A stretch of DNA of 64,000 nucleotides from a bacterium. Lineage in GTDB: Bacteria; Patescibacteriota; Minisyncoccia; Phycocordibacterales; SBAW01. The translations under genes and the position numbers were made by a program. Below, one piece after another: positions 46,420-56,603 of the stretch. How positions within the stretch are numbered: the stretch's first letter is position 1; every line of letters starts with the position of its first letter. The notes beneath the pieces are model-generated. The model searched no databases. It saw nothing but the letters and a program-made list of their open reading frames with translations, and had not been told where the DNA came from. The DNA lies in the NCBI GenBank assembly GCA_037139975.1, contig JBAXFJ010000001.1, positions 48,586 to 112,585 of the forward strand, read 5' to 3'.

Positions 46420-46590
46420 AGTTCAAGCTGGCGTACCTCTAAGCAATACTATTTTTGATAAATCAAAAATCGGAAGGCTGCTAATAAGGATGACCTCCGC
46501 AACCCATCCAAAGATGGGCACCGAGGAGTCCTCGAAGTAGTTCCAAAAACCCGTGAAGGCCATATTGCTTAGAGATATGCACGCTCGAAT
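46420..46590 (+). ncRNA. ssrS: 6S RNA-like long hairpin
   Basis: Closing stem GCGTACCTCTAAGCAATA/TATTGCTTAGAGATATGC, central bubble, inner stems and apical CCCATC-CAAA-GATGGG. G-U pairs favour the + strand. Confidence 0.6.
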
Positions 46591-46673
46591 CAAAATCGTA
46601 AGCGGGATGCTGGTTCAAATGCGAACTACGAACACGCGAGTACCTAAGAGAAGGTTAGCATACTAATTATTTT

Positions 46674-47717
46674 ATGTCAAGCGAGCCAGAAATCAGCCAG
46701 GAGCCTAGCCCCGCGCAACAAAAAGAGCCTTCAAACAATACCTTTCTTGATCAAACCTTGCGCCCCGCTTCATGGAGTGAATATGTGGGCCAGGACGCCA
46801 TTAAAAACAACCTTCAAATTCTGATTTCAGCTGCCCGCGAGCGCAAACACCCGCCCGAGCACATTCTTTTCTATGGCCCACCAGGACTCGGCAAGACCAC
46901 CCTCGCGCACCTCATCGCCGAGGAGCAGGGAGCGGCACTGCGCTCAACATCAGGCCCCGCCATCGAGCGCGTGGGCGACCTGGCTGCCTTGCTCAACAAC
47001 TTAAACTCGGGCGATATTTTATTTATCGATGAGATTCACCGCCTCTCGCGCGCAATCGAAGAAGTCCTCTACCCCGCGATGGAGTCGGGCGTTTTGAATA
47101 TTATGATCGGTAAGGGCCCTTCTGCCAGAACAGTTGAACTGCCGCTGCCGCCGTTTACTTTGATAGCCGCCACCACACGCATCGCAAGCCTCTCGGCACC
47201 ACTGCGCTCGCGCTTCTCGGGCGGCGTCTTTCGACTTGAGTTTTATTCAGACACCGACATCGAGCGCATCGTTGCCCGCTCGGCAAAGATTTTGGGCGTC
47301 GAGGTCGAGGCAAGCGGCGTGAGCGAAATCGCAAAGCGCAGCCGCTTTACCCCGCGCACGGCCAACTATTTGCTCAAGCGGGCGCGCGACTATGCCCAGC
47401 TGCAAAAAGTCCCGCTTTCAAAAAAAGTAGTTGACGAAGCCTTGGCGATGCTTGAGGTCGACTCACTTGGACTCACCCCGCTCGACCGACGCCTACTCGA
47501 AGTGCTCATAACACGCTTCCACGGCGGCCCCGCGGGTGTTTCTTCTTTGGCCGCAGCCTTGGCCGAAGAACCCGCCACTGTGTCTGAAGTCCACGAACCC
47601 TTTCTCCTACAACTCGGCCTCATCGAACGCACCCCTCGCGGCCGCGTCGCCACCAAAAAAGCATATGAGCATTTAGGAAAAGAAGTCCCGCGGGATTTGA
47701 GTGAAAAGTTGCTATAA
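46674..47717 (+). CDS. ruvB: Holliday junction helicase RuvB
   Basis: LRP, GPPGLGKTTLA, LFIDEIHRL, LYPAME and RTPRGR. Confidence 0.97.
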   Translation: MSSEPEISQEPSPAQQKEPSNNTFLDQTLRPASWSEYVGQDAIKNNLQILISAARERKHPPEHILFYGPPGLGKTTLAHLIAEEQGAALRSTSGPAIERVGDLAALLNNLNSGDILFIDEIHRLSRAIEEVLYPAMESGVLNIMIGKGPSARTVELPLPPFTLIAATTRIASLSAPLRSRFSGGVFRLEFYSDTDIERIVARSAKILGVEVEASGVSEIAKRSRFTPRTANYLLKRARDYAQLQKVPLSKKVVDEALAMLEVDSLGLTPLDRRLLEVLITRFHGGPAGVSSLAAALAEEPATVSEVHEPFLLQLGLIERTPRGRVATKKAYEHLGKEVPRDLSEKLL

Positions 47718-47762
47718 GAGTGCCTACTTTTTCTTTTTTAAAAGAGCGAGTATATTGTCTAC

Positions 47763-48293
47763 ATGTCCGGACACAACAAGTGGAGCAAGATAAAGCACAA
47801 AAAGGCGGCGACTGATGCGCGCAAGAGCAAGGTGTTTTCAAAAATGGTGCGGTTTATTACCGTTGAGGCCAAAAAAGCCAAAGGCGACAAAAACTCGCCC
47901 GGCCTCCGGCTCGCTATAGAAAAAGCACGGGCCGAGAATATGCCCGCCGACAACATCGAGCGCGCCATCTCCAAAGCCTCGGCTTCGTCGGACAACCTCG
48001 AGCAGGTGGTATACGAAGCATATGGACCGGGCGGCGCGGCTATTGTGATAGAGGGCTACACCGATAATAAAAACCGTACCGTGCAAGAAATCAAACACAT
48101 TTTGAGCAAAAACGACGGCTCGTTTGCCGCCCAGGGCGCGGCGATGTGGGCGTTCCAGAAAAACGCCGAGGGTAAACTCGAGCCCCTCTCCCCGGTCGAC
48201 CTCTCGGACGACGACCTCGAAAAACTCGCGGTCATCATCGACGAGCTTGAAGAACAAGACGACGTGAGCGAGGTATATACGAACGCCGCCTAG
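47763..48293 (+). CDS. YebC/PmpR family protein (short form)
   Basis: MSGHNKWSKIKHKK, YEAYGPGG and TDNKNRT. Confidence 0.93.
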   Translation: MSGHNKWSKIKHKKAATDARKSKVFSKMVRFITVEAKKAKGDKNSPGLRLAIEKARAENMPADNIERAISKASASSDNLEQVVYEAYGPGGAAIVIEGYTDNKNRTVQEIKHILSKNDGSFAAQGAAMWAFQKNAEGKLEPLSPVDLSDDDLEKLAVIIDELEEQDDVSEVYTNAA

Positions 48294-48341
48294 TTCAAAC
48301 TCTTTTTAGGAACTACGTTGTGCTTGGTTTATGATTAGCCT

Positions 48342-48836
48342 ATGAGAGTCCTCGCATTTGACCCGGGGTTTGAGCGGCTGGGGGCCGCAGTTTTGGAGAA
48401 AAATCCGCCAGCTGGCGGAGTCGGCAAAGATGTCCTTCTACATTCCGAGTGTATCCACACCAGCCCCAAACTTAGCTTTGAAGAGCGGCTTTTACTGCTC
48501 GGCAAAGAGACTGAGGGTTTAATTACAAAGTGGCAGCCGGACATGGTCGCCATTGAGGACGTATATTTTGAAAACAACGCTAAGACCGCTATGCAGGTGG
48601 CCGAGGTGTGCGGCATGCTCAAATACATTGCTTTGTCACACGGCGCGCCCCTCACCCACTACTCACCGTTACAGGTGAAAGTCGCGATTACTGGCTATGG
48701 CAAAAGCGACAAGGTGGCGGTGGCGCACATGGTTGCACGGCTCGTTGCTCTGCCCGAAAAAAAACGCCTTGACGACGAAATCGATGCAATTGCAGTGGGT
48801 TTGACATGCTTGGCCTCCACTCGTTTGCCTTCATAG
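48342..48836 (+). CDS. ruvC: Crossover junction endodeoxyribonuclease RuvC
   Basis: LAFDPG, AIEDVYF, PLQVKVAITGYGKSDK and DDEIDAIAV. Confidence 0.95.
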   Translation: MRVLAFDPGFERLGAAVLEKNPPAGGVGKDVLLHSECIHTSPKLSFEERLLLLGKETEGLITKWQPDMVAIEDVYFENNAKTAMQVAEVCGMLKYIALSHGAPLTHYSPLQVKVAITGYGKSDKVAVAHMVARLVALPEKKRLDDEIDAIAVGLTCLASTRLPS

Positions 48837-48967
48837 AAATATCAAAAAGATTACGGTATTCTGCGACTATCCACAGGGCTCTAGAATACGACTTGCAAAG
48901 GATATCAGATTTGGTACAACACTGATGTTACGGGCACATTCGTGATTACTAAATAAAAACAGTATAT

Positions 48968-49099
48968 ATGTTTGATGAGTTTGAGCCGGGGGCAGAGTTT
49001 GCCGCGCTTGAAGACGAGCTTGATGAAGACACTGAGCTCGATGATGAAGAAACAGATGATGATGTTGACGACGAAGATTTAGAAGACGAAGAGATATAG
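48968..49099 (+). CDS. 43-aa hyperacidic microprotein
   Basis: MFDEFEPGAEFAALEDELDEDTELDDEETDDDVDDEDLEDEEI*; promoter-like TTGCAA...TACAAC upstream and a terminator downstream. Confidence 0.65.
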   Translation: MFDEFEPGAEFAALEDELDEDTELDDEETDDDVDDEDLEDEEI

Positions 49100-49100
49100 G

Positions 49101-49133
49101 AAAAACGCGCTCTGCAATCAGAGCGCGTTTTTT
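49101..49133. terminator. Bidirectional intrinsic terminator
   Basis: AAAAACGCGCTCTG-CAAT-CAGAGCGCGTTTTT. Confidence 0.8.
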
Positions 49134-49150
49134 TGAATCTTATTTCACCT

Positions 49151-50299
49151 TTATTTTACGGTTATTTTTAAGAATCGGTGTTTACCGATGCGTAGCGTTG
49201 TATCTTTTGTGATAGCGGCTGTCCCCTCAGTTAGTTTTTCACCTTCTACTTCCCCCACCGCACCCGCTTCAAGCAGGCGGCGCAACTCACTTTTTGAATC
49301 ACCAAGTGTGGTGAGCGCGTCCAAAAGAGTGCTTCCTTTCTCAACAACTACTTCAGGAATGTTTTCTGGCACGCCGCCGTCTGAAAACGTATTGGTGAAG
49401 TCTTCTTCTGCCTTCTGTGCTGCTTCAGTGTTGTGGTACATCGTCACAATCTCGCGCGCCAAGCGCATCTTGGCTTCTTTAGGGTGGCCTGCGAGGATTT
49501 GTTTGATCTCACCTTCGGGCACATCGGTGCATATTTCAAAGTAGCCTGGCACGAGCTCGTCTTTAAGCGACATAAGTTTGCCATACATGTCTGCTGGGAC
49601 ATCGTCGAGATAGACGCAGTTGTTGTATGACTTACTCATCTTGCGGCCATCGAGGCCTTCAATAAGGCGGAGCGTGAGCACAAACTTCTCCCGCTTACCA
49701 AACGCACGCTGCAAGTGTCGTCCTGCAAGCATGTTGAATTCTTGGTCCGAGCCGCCCAACTCGCAGTCAACGTCGAGCATAACTGAGTCGTAGCCCACCA
49801 TGAGCGGGTAAAGAAACTCGTGCAGAGCAATTGGCTTGCCTTCTTCCATCCGTTTTTGAAACATGTCGCGCTGGAGCATCTGCTGCACGGTGAAATTGCT
49901 TGCGAGATTTACAATTTCAGAAAAGTTTAGCGGCTGGAGCCATTCATCATTGTAGCGAACTTCAACTTTTGAAAAATCGAGAATTTTTGAAGCTTGTTCT
50001 TTGTAAGTTTGGAAATTCTGTTCTACTTGGTCTTTCGTGAGCGAGACCCGAGCGGCGTCGCGACCTGTGGGGTCGCCGATCATTGCAGTGAAACTTCCTA
50101 CGAGAAATATCACATGGTGTCCCGCATCGGTAAAACTCTTTAATTTTCGCAGTGGTACTGCGTGCCCAAGGTGTATCCGAGCACCCGTTGGGTCAATCCC
50201 CCAGTAGATACGCAACGGCTCGCCCGATGCCAGTTTTTTGACTGCAAGTTCTTTTGGAATCACATTTTCCACACTCCGTGTAAGCAAGTTTGCGTTCAT
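49151..50299 (-). CDS. tyrS: Tyrosine--tRNA ligase
   Basis: GIDPTGARIHLGH, EFLYPLMVGYD, GGSDQ and KMSKS. Confidence 0.96.
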   Translation of the reverse strand: MNANLLTRSVENVIPKELAVKKLASGEPLRIYWGIDPTGARIHLGHAVPLRKLKSFTDAGHHVIFLVGSFTAMIGDPTGRDAARVSLTKDQVEQNFQTYKEQASKILDFSKVEVRYNDEWLQPLNFSEIVNLASNFTVQQMLQRDMFQKRMEEGKPIALHEFLYPLMVGYDSVMLDVDCELGGSDQEFNMLAGRHLQRAFGKREKFVLTLRLIEGLDGRKMSKSYNNCVYLDDVPADMYGKLMSLKDELVPGYFEICTDVPEGEIKQILAGHPKEAKMRLAREIVTMYHNTEAAQKAEEDFTNTFSDGGVPENIPEVVVEKGSTLLDALTTLGDSKSELRRLLEAGAVGEVEGEKLTEGTAAITKDTTLRIGKHRFLKITVK

Positions 50300-50342
50300 A
50301 CGCAACACTGTACCACAGCCGTGCGCGTGATAGAATGCCGCT

Positions 50343-52493
50343 ATGAAGAAGCCTTATGCAGTGCGACATTGGCGCGGAATTATTCTGTGGCTTCTGAGCC
50401 TCTGCTTCTTGTTGGGGGGTGGCCTATTCTTGTGGGCGGCGACCCTACAGTTGCCCGACATCACCTCGATTGAAAATCGCAAGATGGACCAATCCCTCAA
50501 AATATATGACAAGACGGGTAGCGTCTTGCTCTATAACATGAACAGCGGTGCACAACGCACCGTGGTGACGCTCGACAACATCTCGCCCAACATCCAAAAC
50601 GCCACCATTTCAATTGAGGACCCAAACTTTTATACCAACCATGGCATTGAGGTGCGGGCAATCCTGCGAGCGCTTCTGGCAGACCTCACGCCAGGGGGTG
50701 TCACCCAAGGTGGCTCAACCATCACCCAACAGGTGATCAAAATGTCGGTTCTCACCACCGACAAAACAATTACACGCAAACTCAAGGAGTGGGTGCTTGC
50801 ACTCAAGATAGAAAAAGTGCTTTCAAAACAGCAAATCTTGCAACTCTATCTCAACCAAGCATCCTATGGCGGCAACATGTATGGTGTTGAGCAAGCGTCC
50901 GAAACCTTTTTTGGCAAACATGCCAGCGAGGTAACGGTTCCCGAGGCAGCCTACTTGGCAGCAATCATCAATGCGCCCACCTTCTATTCGCCCTATGGGA
51001 GCCACAAAAAGGCCTTGGACGCGCGTAAAGACCTTGTGCTCGATGAAATGTTCAAGCACGGCTACATAAACACACAACAACGAGACGAGGCCAAGAAAAC
51101 CCTGGTGACATTCTTAACTCCAAAAATATCATCAATCACCGCGCCGCACTTTGTCTTTTACGTGCAGCAATATCTGGAAAATAAATACGGTGAAAGTGTT
51201 CTTGAAGAGGGTGGTTGGAGCGTCATCACCTCACTCGACGCCGACCTGCAGGCAAAAGCCGAAGAAGTGGTGCAGGCACATGCGCAAAGCAACCAGACAG
51301 ACTTTAACGCATCAAATGCTGGGCTCATTGCCCTTGACCCGCAGACGGGGCAGATCCTTGCGATGGTTGGTTCACGAAACTATTTTGACACCACCATCGA
51401 TGGTAACTTCAACGTGACTCTGGCAGCACGCCAACCGGGCTCAGCGTTCAAGCCATTTGCGTATGCTGAAGCATTCACAAAAGGATATACGCCCGATACG
51501 GTGGTATTCGATGTACATACTCAGTTTTCAACTTCATGTAAACCAGATGACTTTAGCAGCACGCCACCCTGTTACTCTCCGGTAAACTACGATAATGCAT
51601 TCTTAGGTCCCATGACACTCCGAAACGCACTCGCGCAGTCAAGAAACGTCCCCGCCGTTAAAACCCTCTACCTTGCAGGACTTCCCGATACACTCAAACT
51701 TGCAAAGTCTATGGGCATCACAACCCTAGGAGACCCAAATCAGTATGGTCTCACACTCGTGCTGGGTGGTGGTGAAGTGCGGCTCCTTGATATGGCGAGC
51801 GCGTATGGCACCTTTGCACAAAATGGCGTTCACCACACTCCTGTGTCCGTACTGCAGATCAAAGATGCGGGCGGTACAATCATTGAAGACAATACACAAA
51901 ATCCTGGTGACCAGGTGTTGCCGGGTGTCGTGGCTGAACAGGTGAACGACATACTTTCCGACTCAGTTGCACGCGCGCCACTGAACGAGAATGACCTACT
52001 TTCCTTTCCTGGTCGTGATGTGGCAGTTAAAACCGGTACCACCAATAATTACAAAGATGCGTGGACTGTTGGCTATACCCCCAACTTGGTCGTCGGTATG
52101 TGGGCAGGAAACAATAACAACACCCCTATGGTGCGTAAGGTGTCTGGTTTTATTGTTGGGCCTATGTGGCACGAATTTATGGCCTATGCGCTTACCAAAA
52201 CACCCAACCAATCCTTCACTCGCACCGAGCACGATATAAGTGCTCTGAAGCCCGTTTTGCGCGGTGTGTGGCAAACTCCAGGCACGGACGGACAAGTCCA
52301 CGAGATACTGTATTGGGTAAATAAAGATGATCCAAATGGATCCATACCAAACAACCCTGCGGGTGATTCACAATTTACCCTCTGGGACATTCCTGTTCAA
52401 AACTGGGTCGCCCAGCACAGCATTCCCCTTCCATCCGTAACAATTTCACCAACAAATCAAAACCTTGGGCCTTTGGTGCAACCAATACAATAA
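50343..52493 (+). CDS. Class A penicillin-binding protein
   Basis: Transglycosylase motifs EDPNF, GGSTITQQ and RKLKE; transpeptidase motifs SAFK, SRN and KTG. Confidence 0.94.
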   Translation: MKKPYAVRHWRGIILWLLSLCFLLGGGLFLWAATLQLPDITSIENRKMDQSLKIYDKTGSVLLYNMNSGAQRTVVTLDNISPNIQNATISIEDPNFYTNHGIEVRAILRALLADLTPGGVTQGGSTITQQVIKMSVLTTDKTITRKLKEWVLALKIEKVLSKQQILQLYLNQASYGGNMYGVEQASETFFGKHASEVTVPEAAYLAAIINAPTFYSPYGSHKKALDARKDLVLDEMFKHGYINTQQRDEAKKTLVTFLTPKISSITAPHFVFYVQQYLENKYGESVLEEGGWSVITSLDADLQAKAEEVVQAHAQSNQTDFNASNAGLIALDPQTGQILAMVGSRNYFDTTIDGNFNVTLAARQPGSAFKPFAYAEAFTKGYTPDTVVFDVHTQFSTSCKPDDFSSTPPCYSPVNYDNAFLGPMTLRNALAQSRNVPAVKTLYLAGLPDTLKLAKSMGITTLGDPNQYGLTLVLGGGEVRLLDMASAYGTFAQNGVHHTPVSVLQIKDAGGTIIEDNTQNPGDQVLPGVVAEQVNDILSDSVARAPLNENDLLSFPGRDVAVKTGTTNNYKDAWTVGYTPNLVVGMWAGNNNNTPMVRKVSGFIVGPMWHEFMAYALTKTPNQSFTRTEHDISALKPVLRGVWQTPGTDGQVHEILYWVNKDDPNGSIPNNPAGDSQFTLWDIPVQNWVAQHSIPLPSVTISPTNQNLGPLVQPIQ

Positions 52494-52496
52494 AAT

Positions 52497-53594
52497 CTAA
52501 CGGTTCATTGGCATCACGAGGTATAGAAACGATTCATCAACCGCATCTTTAACCAAAATTGGTTTACCTGGGCCGTTTGCAAAAATCCGGATACTGTCAC
52601 CTACAATAGGCAGGATACTGTCAGCTAAGTAGCGACTATTGAACGACATTGAGAGTTCGTTGCCTTTAACTGTAGCGCGCACTGTTGAAGTCTGCTCCCC
52701 CACATCTGAGTTCTTTGAAGAAAGCATGATCGCTTTTTTTGTAGGGTCAATAACCATTGTTACTTGTAAAAATTTATCGGCAAAAATAGCAAGCGACTTG
52801 AGCGCGCTAGACACTTCTTCACGAAGAACCACCCCCTCGGTAGTAAATTCTTTTGGAATAATTTGTGTGTAGTTTGGAAACGAACCATCGATAATACGAC
52901 TTGTGTAATAGGTGTTTTCAATGTGCGCTGAAATTTGATTTTCGTTGTAATAGATATCTATATCGCCTGACACACCTTCCAAAATACGCATAAGCTCTGC
53001 GGCATTGCGCGCAGGAAAGAGTAGTTGTGGCACCACACCCCCAGAGCGTAGTGGTATTGTCTTCTCAGCAAGACGAAAAGAGTCGGTTGCCACTGCGGTG
53101 AGCTTTCTTCCATCACCACATAACAATACGCTTTGTAGTTCTGGTTTAACCGTCGAGGTTGATGCACATCCAACGACATTCTTGATAGCACGCGCCAAAT
53201 CTGCACTTTTTATGGTAAATGATTTGTCTGCAGAAACCCTTGGAAGCACCGGAAAATCTTCAGTAGGGAGTGTTTTGATTGATGCAGCAACACGCTCTGT
53301 TTCCAGCCGCAACGACTCCCCAACCAACGAACCAACTATTGTTTTCCCTTGAGCGTTATGAATAAAACCTACAAGAACAACAGCAGGCACCGCAACCGTA
53401 CCATTCTCCAACACTTTTGCAGGAACCACAATTTCAACACCGCACTCGAGGTTGGTTGCACGTAGTAGTAATCGACCGTTTTCAGCGATGAGCAACACCG
53501 CACCAAGAACAGGTAGGTTTGCGCGTTTCTCTGCAAACCGAGCTGCAACTGCAACCGCCTTCATGAGTTGTTCTGTTGTTGTTTCAAATTTCAT
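52497..53594 (-). CDS. dnaN: DNA polymerase III beta clamp
   Basis: LPVL, ATNLE, FPVLP, ATDSFRL, GSFPNY and YLVMPM. Confidence 0.95.
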   Translation of the reverse strand: MKFETTTEQLMKAVAVAARFAEKRANLPVLGAVLLIAENGRLLLRATNLECGVEIVVPAKVLENGTVAVPAVVLVGFIHNAQGKTIVGSLVGESLRLETERVAASIKTLPTEDFPVLPRVSADKSFTIKSADLARAIKNVVGCASTSTVKPELQSVLLCGDGRKLTAVATDSFRLAEKTIPLRSGGVVPQLLFPARNAAELMRILEGVSGDIDIYYNENQISAHIENTYYTSRIIDGSFPNYTQIIPKEFTTEGVVLREEVSSALKSLAIFADKFLQVTMVIDPTKKAIMLSSKNSDVGEQTSTVRATVKGNELSMSFNSRYLADSILPIVGDSIRIFANGPGKPILVKDAVDESFLYLVMPMNR

Positions 53595-53599
53595 ATACA

Positions 53600-53858
53600 A
53601 AAAATCTATTATTACTAGGGGTGTGGATTACTCGGATAAGTCCATAATAGCCTTACAGGACTTTGTGGTTTTGTGTGTGCCGCATTGTGTCATAACTGTA
53701 TAGAGATGTGTGGATGTGTGGATAAAGTAAGTTACGTTTTGTTTTTTATAGGGAGAGCGTTTTTTTCCCGACTTGTACACGGTGTATTCCAATGCTGTCC
53801 CCATAGATATTCTTTTGTTATACACAGGGTTATACATACAGTGTCCACACAAGCATGC
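53600..53858. other. Replication origin oriC
   Basis: The dnaA-dnaN gap has TGTGGATAA (53717-53725), TTATACACA (53818-53826), several 1-2 mismatch boxes and AT-rich tracts. Confidence 0.8.
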
Positions 53859-55199
53859 CTACTTCAACATGAGGCGAATTTGATGCAGTTCTTGTGAGAG
53901 AATACTGTCGTTCAATATATCGCTGCGTATTTTATCACATGAGTGGATCACTGTGGTGTGGTCACGACCACCAAGCTTCTCCCCTATGGTTGGAAACGAT
54001 ATTTTAAAATCCTCACGCAAGATAAACATAATCATCTGTCGCGGACGCACCACCTCTTTGCGCCGTGTTTTCTCATACACACTCGCTTCATCAATGCCGT
54101 AGAAGCTTGCTATGGTGCGCACCACTTCCTGCACAGAAATAGCTTTTTTTGCAAGGGTGCCAGCGCTACGTAAGAGGTTTTTTGCATCAACAATAGTGAG
54201 TGGAATATTGCGTAGTTCGAACTGTATCAACAGAAGATTGAGTGCACCCTCGAGTTCACGCACGTTGCCTTCTATGGTCTCCGCCAGGTAGGCAAGCACC
54301 TCGTCTGGTAAAAGTACGTTGTGTGCGGCTGTTTTTGCGCGTACGATGGCATAGCGGGATTCGTGGTCAGGTGGCGTCACCGAGACAACCATCCCTGACC
54401 CAAGACGCGACTTGATGCGGTCTTCGAGGTTTTGAATCATGTTTGGGTGTTGATCGGACGAAAAAACCAGCTGTTTATTGCCATCATGCAGGTAGTTGAA
54501 TAGGTGAAAAAACTCTTCTTTTGTTTTTTCCATTTTTGCCAGGAACTGGATGTCGTCCATGATGAGTAGATCGTATTGACGATATTTTTCTTTAAAACTA
54601 TTCACCTTTCCAGACTGCACGGAATTGATGTAGTCCATGGAAAACTTCTCGGAGGTAAGATAGAGCACTTTTCGGTCTGGTGTGTTGACGCGGAAATGGT
54701 TGCCAATGGCTTGTATCAGGTGTGTTTTACCCAAACCAGTAGGTCCATAGATCAACAGAGGGTTATACGCACTTCCCGGTCGCTTGATGACGGCTTGTGC
54801 TGCGGCGTGGGCCAGTTCATTGAACGGACCGACCACAAATGACGCTAAAGAAAAGCGCGGATTTAGGTTGGTTTTTGCGTGAACGCTCTCAAGAGGTAGT
54901 TCAAAAGGGGTCGTGGGTGGATGGAGTATTTCATCAGCTTGTTTTTTTGGGTTGCGAGAAATGCTGTATTCAACTGAACGAACACTGCTCTCGAGTCCAC
55001 GCAATGAACGTAAAACATCTTTATGAAATTTTGTTGAAAGCCAGTCTCGAGCAAATTGACTAGGGACTCCAAGAGAAACAACTCCATCTTCAACGCGCAG
55101 AATGTGTGTATCTTTGAACCAGGTGTTGAAGTTTGGTTTAGAAATGCTCAGCTCCAGCTCAACAAGTGCATTTTCCCAAAGTTCTTTTGTGGTGGTCAT
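53859..55199 (-). CDS. dnaA: Replication initiator DnaA
   Basis: Start MTTTKELW; YNPLLIYGPTGLGKTHL, DDIQF, NVRELEGAL and GGRDHTTV. Confidence 0.97.
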   Translation of the reverse strand: MTTTKELWENALVELELSISKPNFNTWFKDTHILRVEDGVVSLGVPSQFARDWLSTKFHKDVLRSLRGLESSVRSVEYSISRNPKKQADEILHPPTTPFELPLESVHAKTNLNPRFSLASFVVGPFNELAHAAAQAVIKRPGSAYNPLLIYGPTGLGKTHLIQAIGNHFRVNTPDRKVLYLTSEKFSMDYINSVQSGKVNSFKEKYRQYDLLIMDDIQFLAKMEKTKEEFFHLFNYLHDGNKQLVFSSDQHPNMIQNLEDRIKSRLGSGMVVSVTPPDHESRYAIVRAKTAAHNVLLPDEVLAYLAETIEGNVRELEGALNLLLIQFELRNIPLTIVDAKNLLRSAGTLAKKAISVQEVVRTIASFYGIDEASVYEKTRRKEVVRPRQMIMFILREDFKISFPTIGEKLGGRDHTTVIHSCDKIRSDILNDSILSQELHQIRLMLK

Positions 55200-55313
55200 A
55201 GTAAAAGGTGTGCGTATGAGTACTCTAAGAGTACGGGAGTGTGGACGCACAGTCAAAAGAAGCATTTGTGTGCACAAGTTGTGCGTAAGATGGGGACAGT
55301 GTAGTATTGACAC

Positions 55314-55463
55314 ATGTCGCAAACATACCAACCAAAAAAGAGGAAGCGAGCCAGAACGCATGGTTTTTTGAAGCGCACCGCAAGCCCAACAGGCGCAAAG
55401 GTGCTTCTGCGCCGACGTCGCAAAGGTCGTGCAAAACTCACGGTTTCTCGCAAGGTAAAATAG
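55314..55463 (+). CDS. rpmH: 50S ribosomal protein L34
   Basis: Below the cut-off: [21 protein letters not shown]...[12 protein letters not shown]. Confidence 0.95.
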   Translation: MSQTYQPKKRKRARTHGFLKRTASPTGAKVLLRRRRKGRAKLTVSRKVK

Positions 55464-55481
55464 CATCAAACAAAATCTCTT

Positions 55482-55811
55482 ATGCTTGCGCGAAAGAGCC
55501 GCATAGGCAAACAAGGGCTCGCTGAGGTATTCCGTGTCGGAAAACCCTTTCGTACAAGCCTACTTTCCATCAAATACCTCCCCTCCCCTGGCGTACTTCA
55601 GTGTGCGGTGGTGATATCTAAAAAGGTGGCAAAGAAAGCGGTCGAGAGAAACCGTGTTCGTCGGGCAGTATATCGAGCGCTCGTGCCCTCTGTTGCGCAA
55701 GAAAACAAAAAGCACGGTAAACTGGTAGTGTTCGTGCAAAAAATCCCTGCCGACCCGCTCACGCCAGCTTTTGTGGCTGATATGGAAAGTGTGTGGAAAA
55801 AAATAAACTAA
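55482..55811 (+). CDS. rnpA: RNase P protein component
   Basis: VVISKKVAKKAVERNRVRR; follows rpmH. Confidence 0.9.
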   Translation: MLARKSRIGKQGLAEVFRVGKPFRTSLLSIKYLPSPGVLQCAVVISKKVAKKAVERNRVRRAVYRALVPSVAQENKKHGKLVVFVQKIPADPLTPAFVADMESVWKKIN

Positions 55812-55827
55812 CTCATAATTTTGAAAC

Positions 55828-56556
55828 ATGTTTGAAACTGTTTTGGTACAACCAATATACAATGTGTTTGTTTTTTTAATTGGCGTGATGCCCGGCGGCA
55901 GCGTTGGGCTCGCTATTATTGCACTTACGCTACTCATTCGCGCGCTATTTTATCCTGCATTCACCGCTTCCATCCGCACCCAGATGGGTATGCAGGCGCT
56001 GCAGGGCGAACTGGATGATATAAACACACAATACCCCGGCAAAGAAAAAGCAGAAGAACGAGCAAAAAAGACTATGGAGCTCTACAAAGAGCACAAAGTG
56101 CACCCGTTTGCTGGTTTCTTGGCGCTGCTCGTACAAATTCCCGTCTTTATTGCGCTCTATTTTGCTTTTTTTCGCCAAGGACTACCCCACATCGCAGAGC
56201 GCTTGCTCTACCCCTTTGTACACGCGCCGAGCGTTGTGCAGGTGGACTTCTTTGGCCTCATGAACTTGCTCTCGCCCCACAACATCATGCTTTCGGTGCT
56301 GGTTGTTTTGTTGCAGGGTGCTGTGGCATACCTCTCACTTGGGCGTATGAGTAATAGTGGTACAAAGACTGCTCCAGAAAAACAAGCAGCACAGAGGCTC
56401 CAACAACAGATGATGCTCTACTTTCTCCCCGCTCTGATGGGGGTTGTGTCCTACTCGCTCCCGGCTGCTGTGGGGCTCTATTTTGCTACTACAAACGCGG
56501 TTTCTGTTGGTCAAGAATGGCTCATTCGCCGTCAAAACAACTCCACACTCAAGTAA
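55828..56556 (+). CDS. yidC: Membrane insertase YidC/Oxa1
   Basis: GLAIIALTLLIR, MELYKEHKVHP, QIPVF and LPAAVGLYF. Confidence 0.92.
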   Translation: MFETVLVQPIYNVFVFLIGVMPGGSVGLAIIALTLLIRALFYPAFTASIRTQMGMQALQGELDDINTQYPGKEKAEERAKKTMELYKEHKVHPFAGFLALLVQIPVFIALYFAFFRQGLPHIAERLLYPFVHAPSVVQVDFFGLMNLLSPHNIMLSVLVVLLQGAVAYLSLGRMSNSGTKTAPEKQAAQRLQQQMMLYFLPALMGVVSYSLPAAVGLYFATTNAVSVGQEWLIRRQNNSTLK

Positions 56557-56603
56557 AAGGCACAAGATTTGCCCACCTACCCAGCCTGGAGTATTGTGGG
56601 TGT

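Noticed and set aside
46320-46670. tmRNA, RNase P RNA or SRP RNA
   Set aside because: No tRNA-like ends, no GAGGAAAGTCC and no SRP loop motif; a rod-like 6S fold fits better.
55200-55514. N-terminal extension of DnaA in the ORF track (551 aa)
   Set aside because: It overlaps rpmH and rnpA on the opposite strand. DnaA similarity starts at MTTTKELW (55199).
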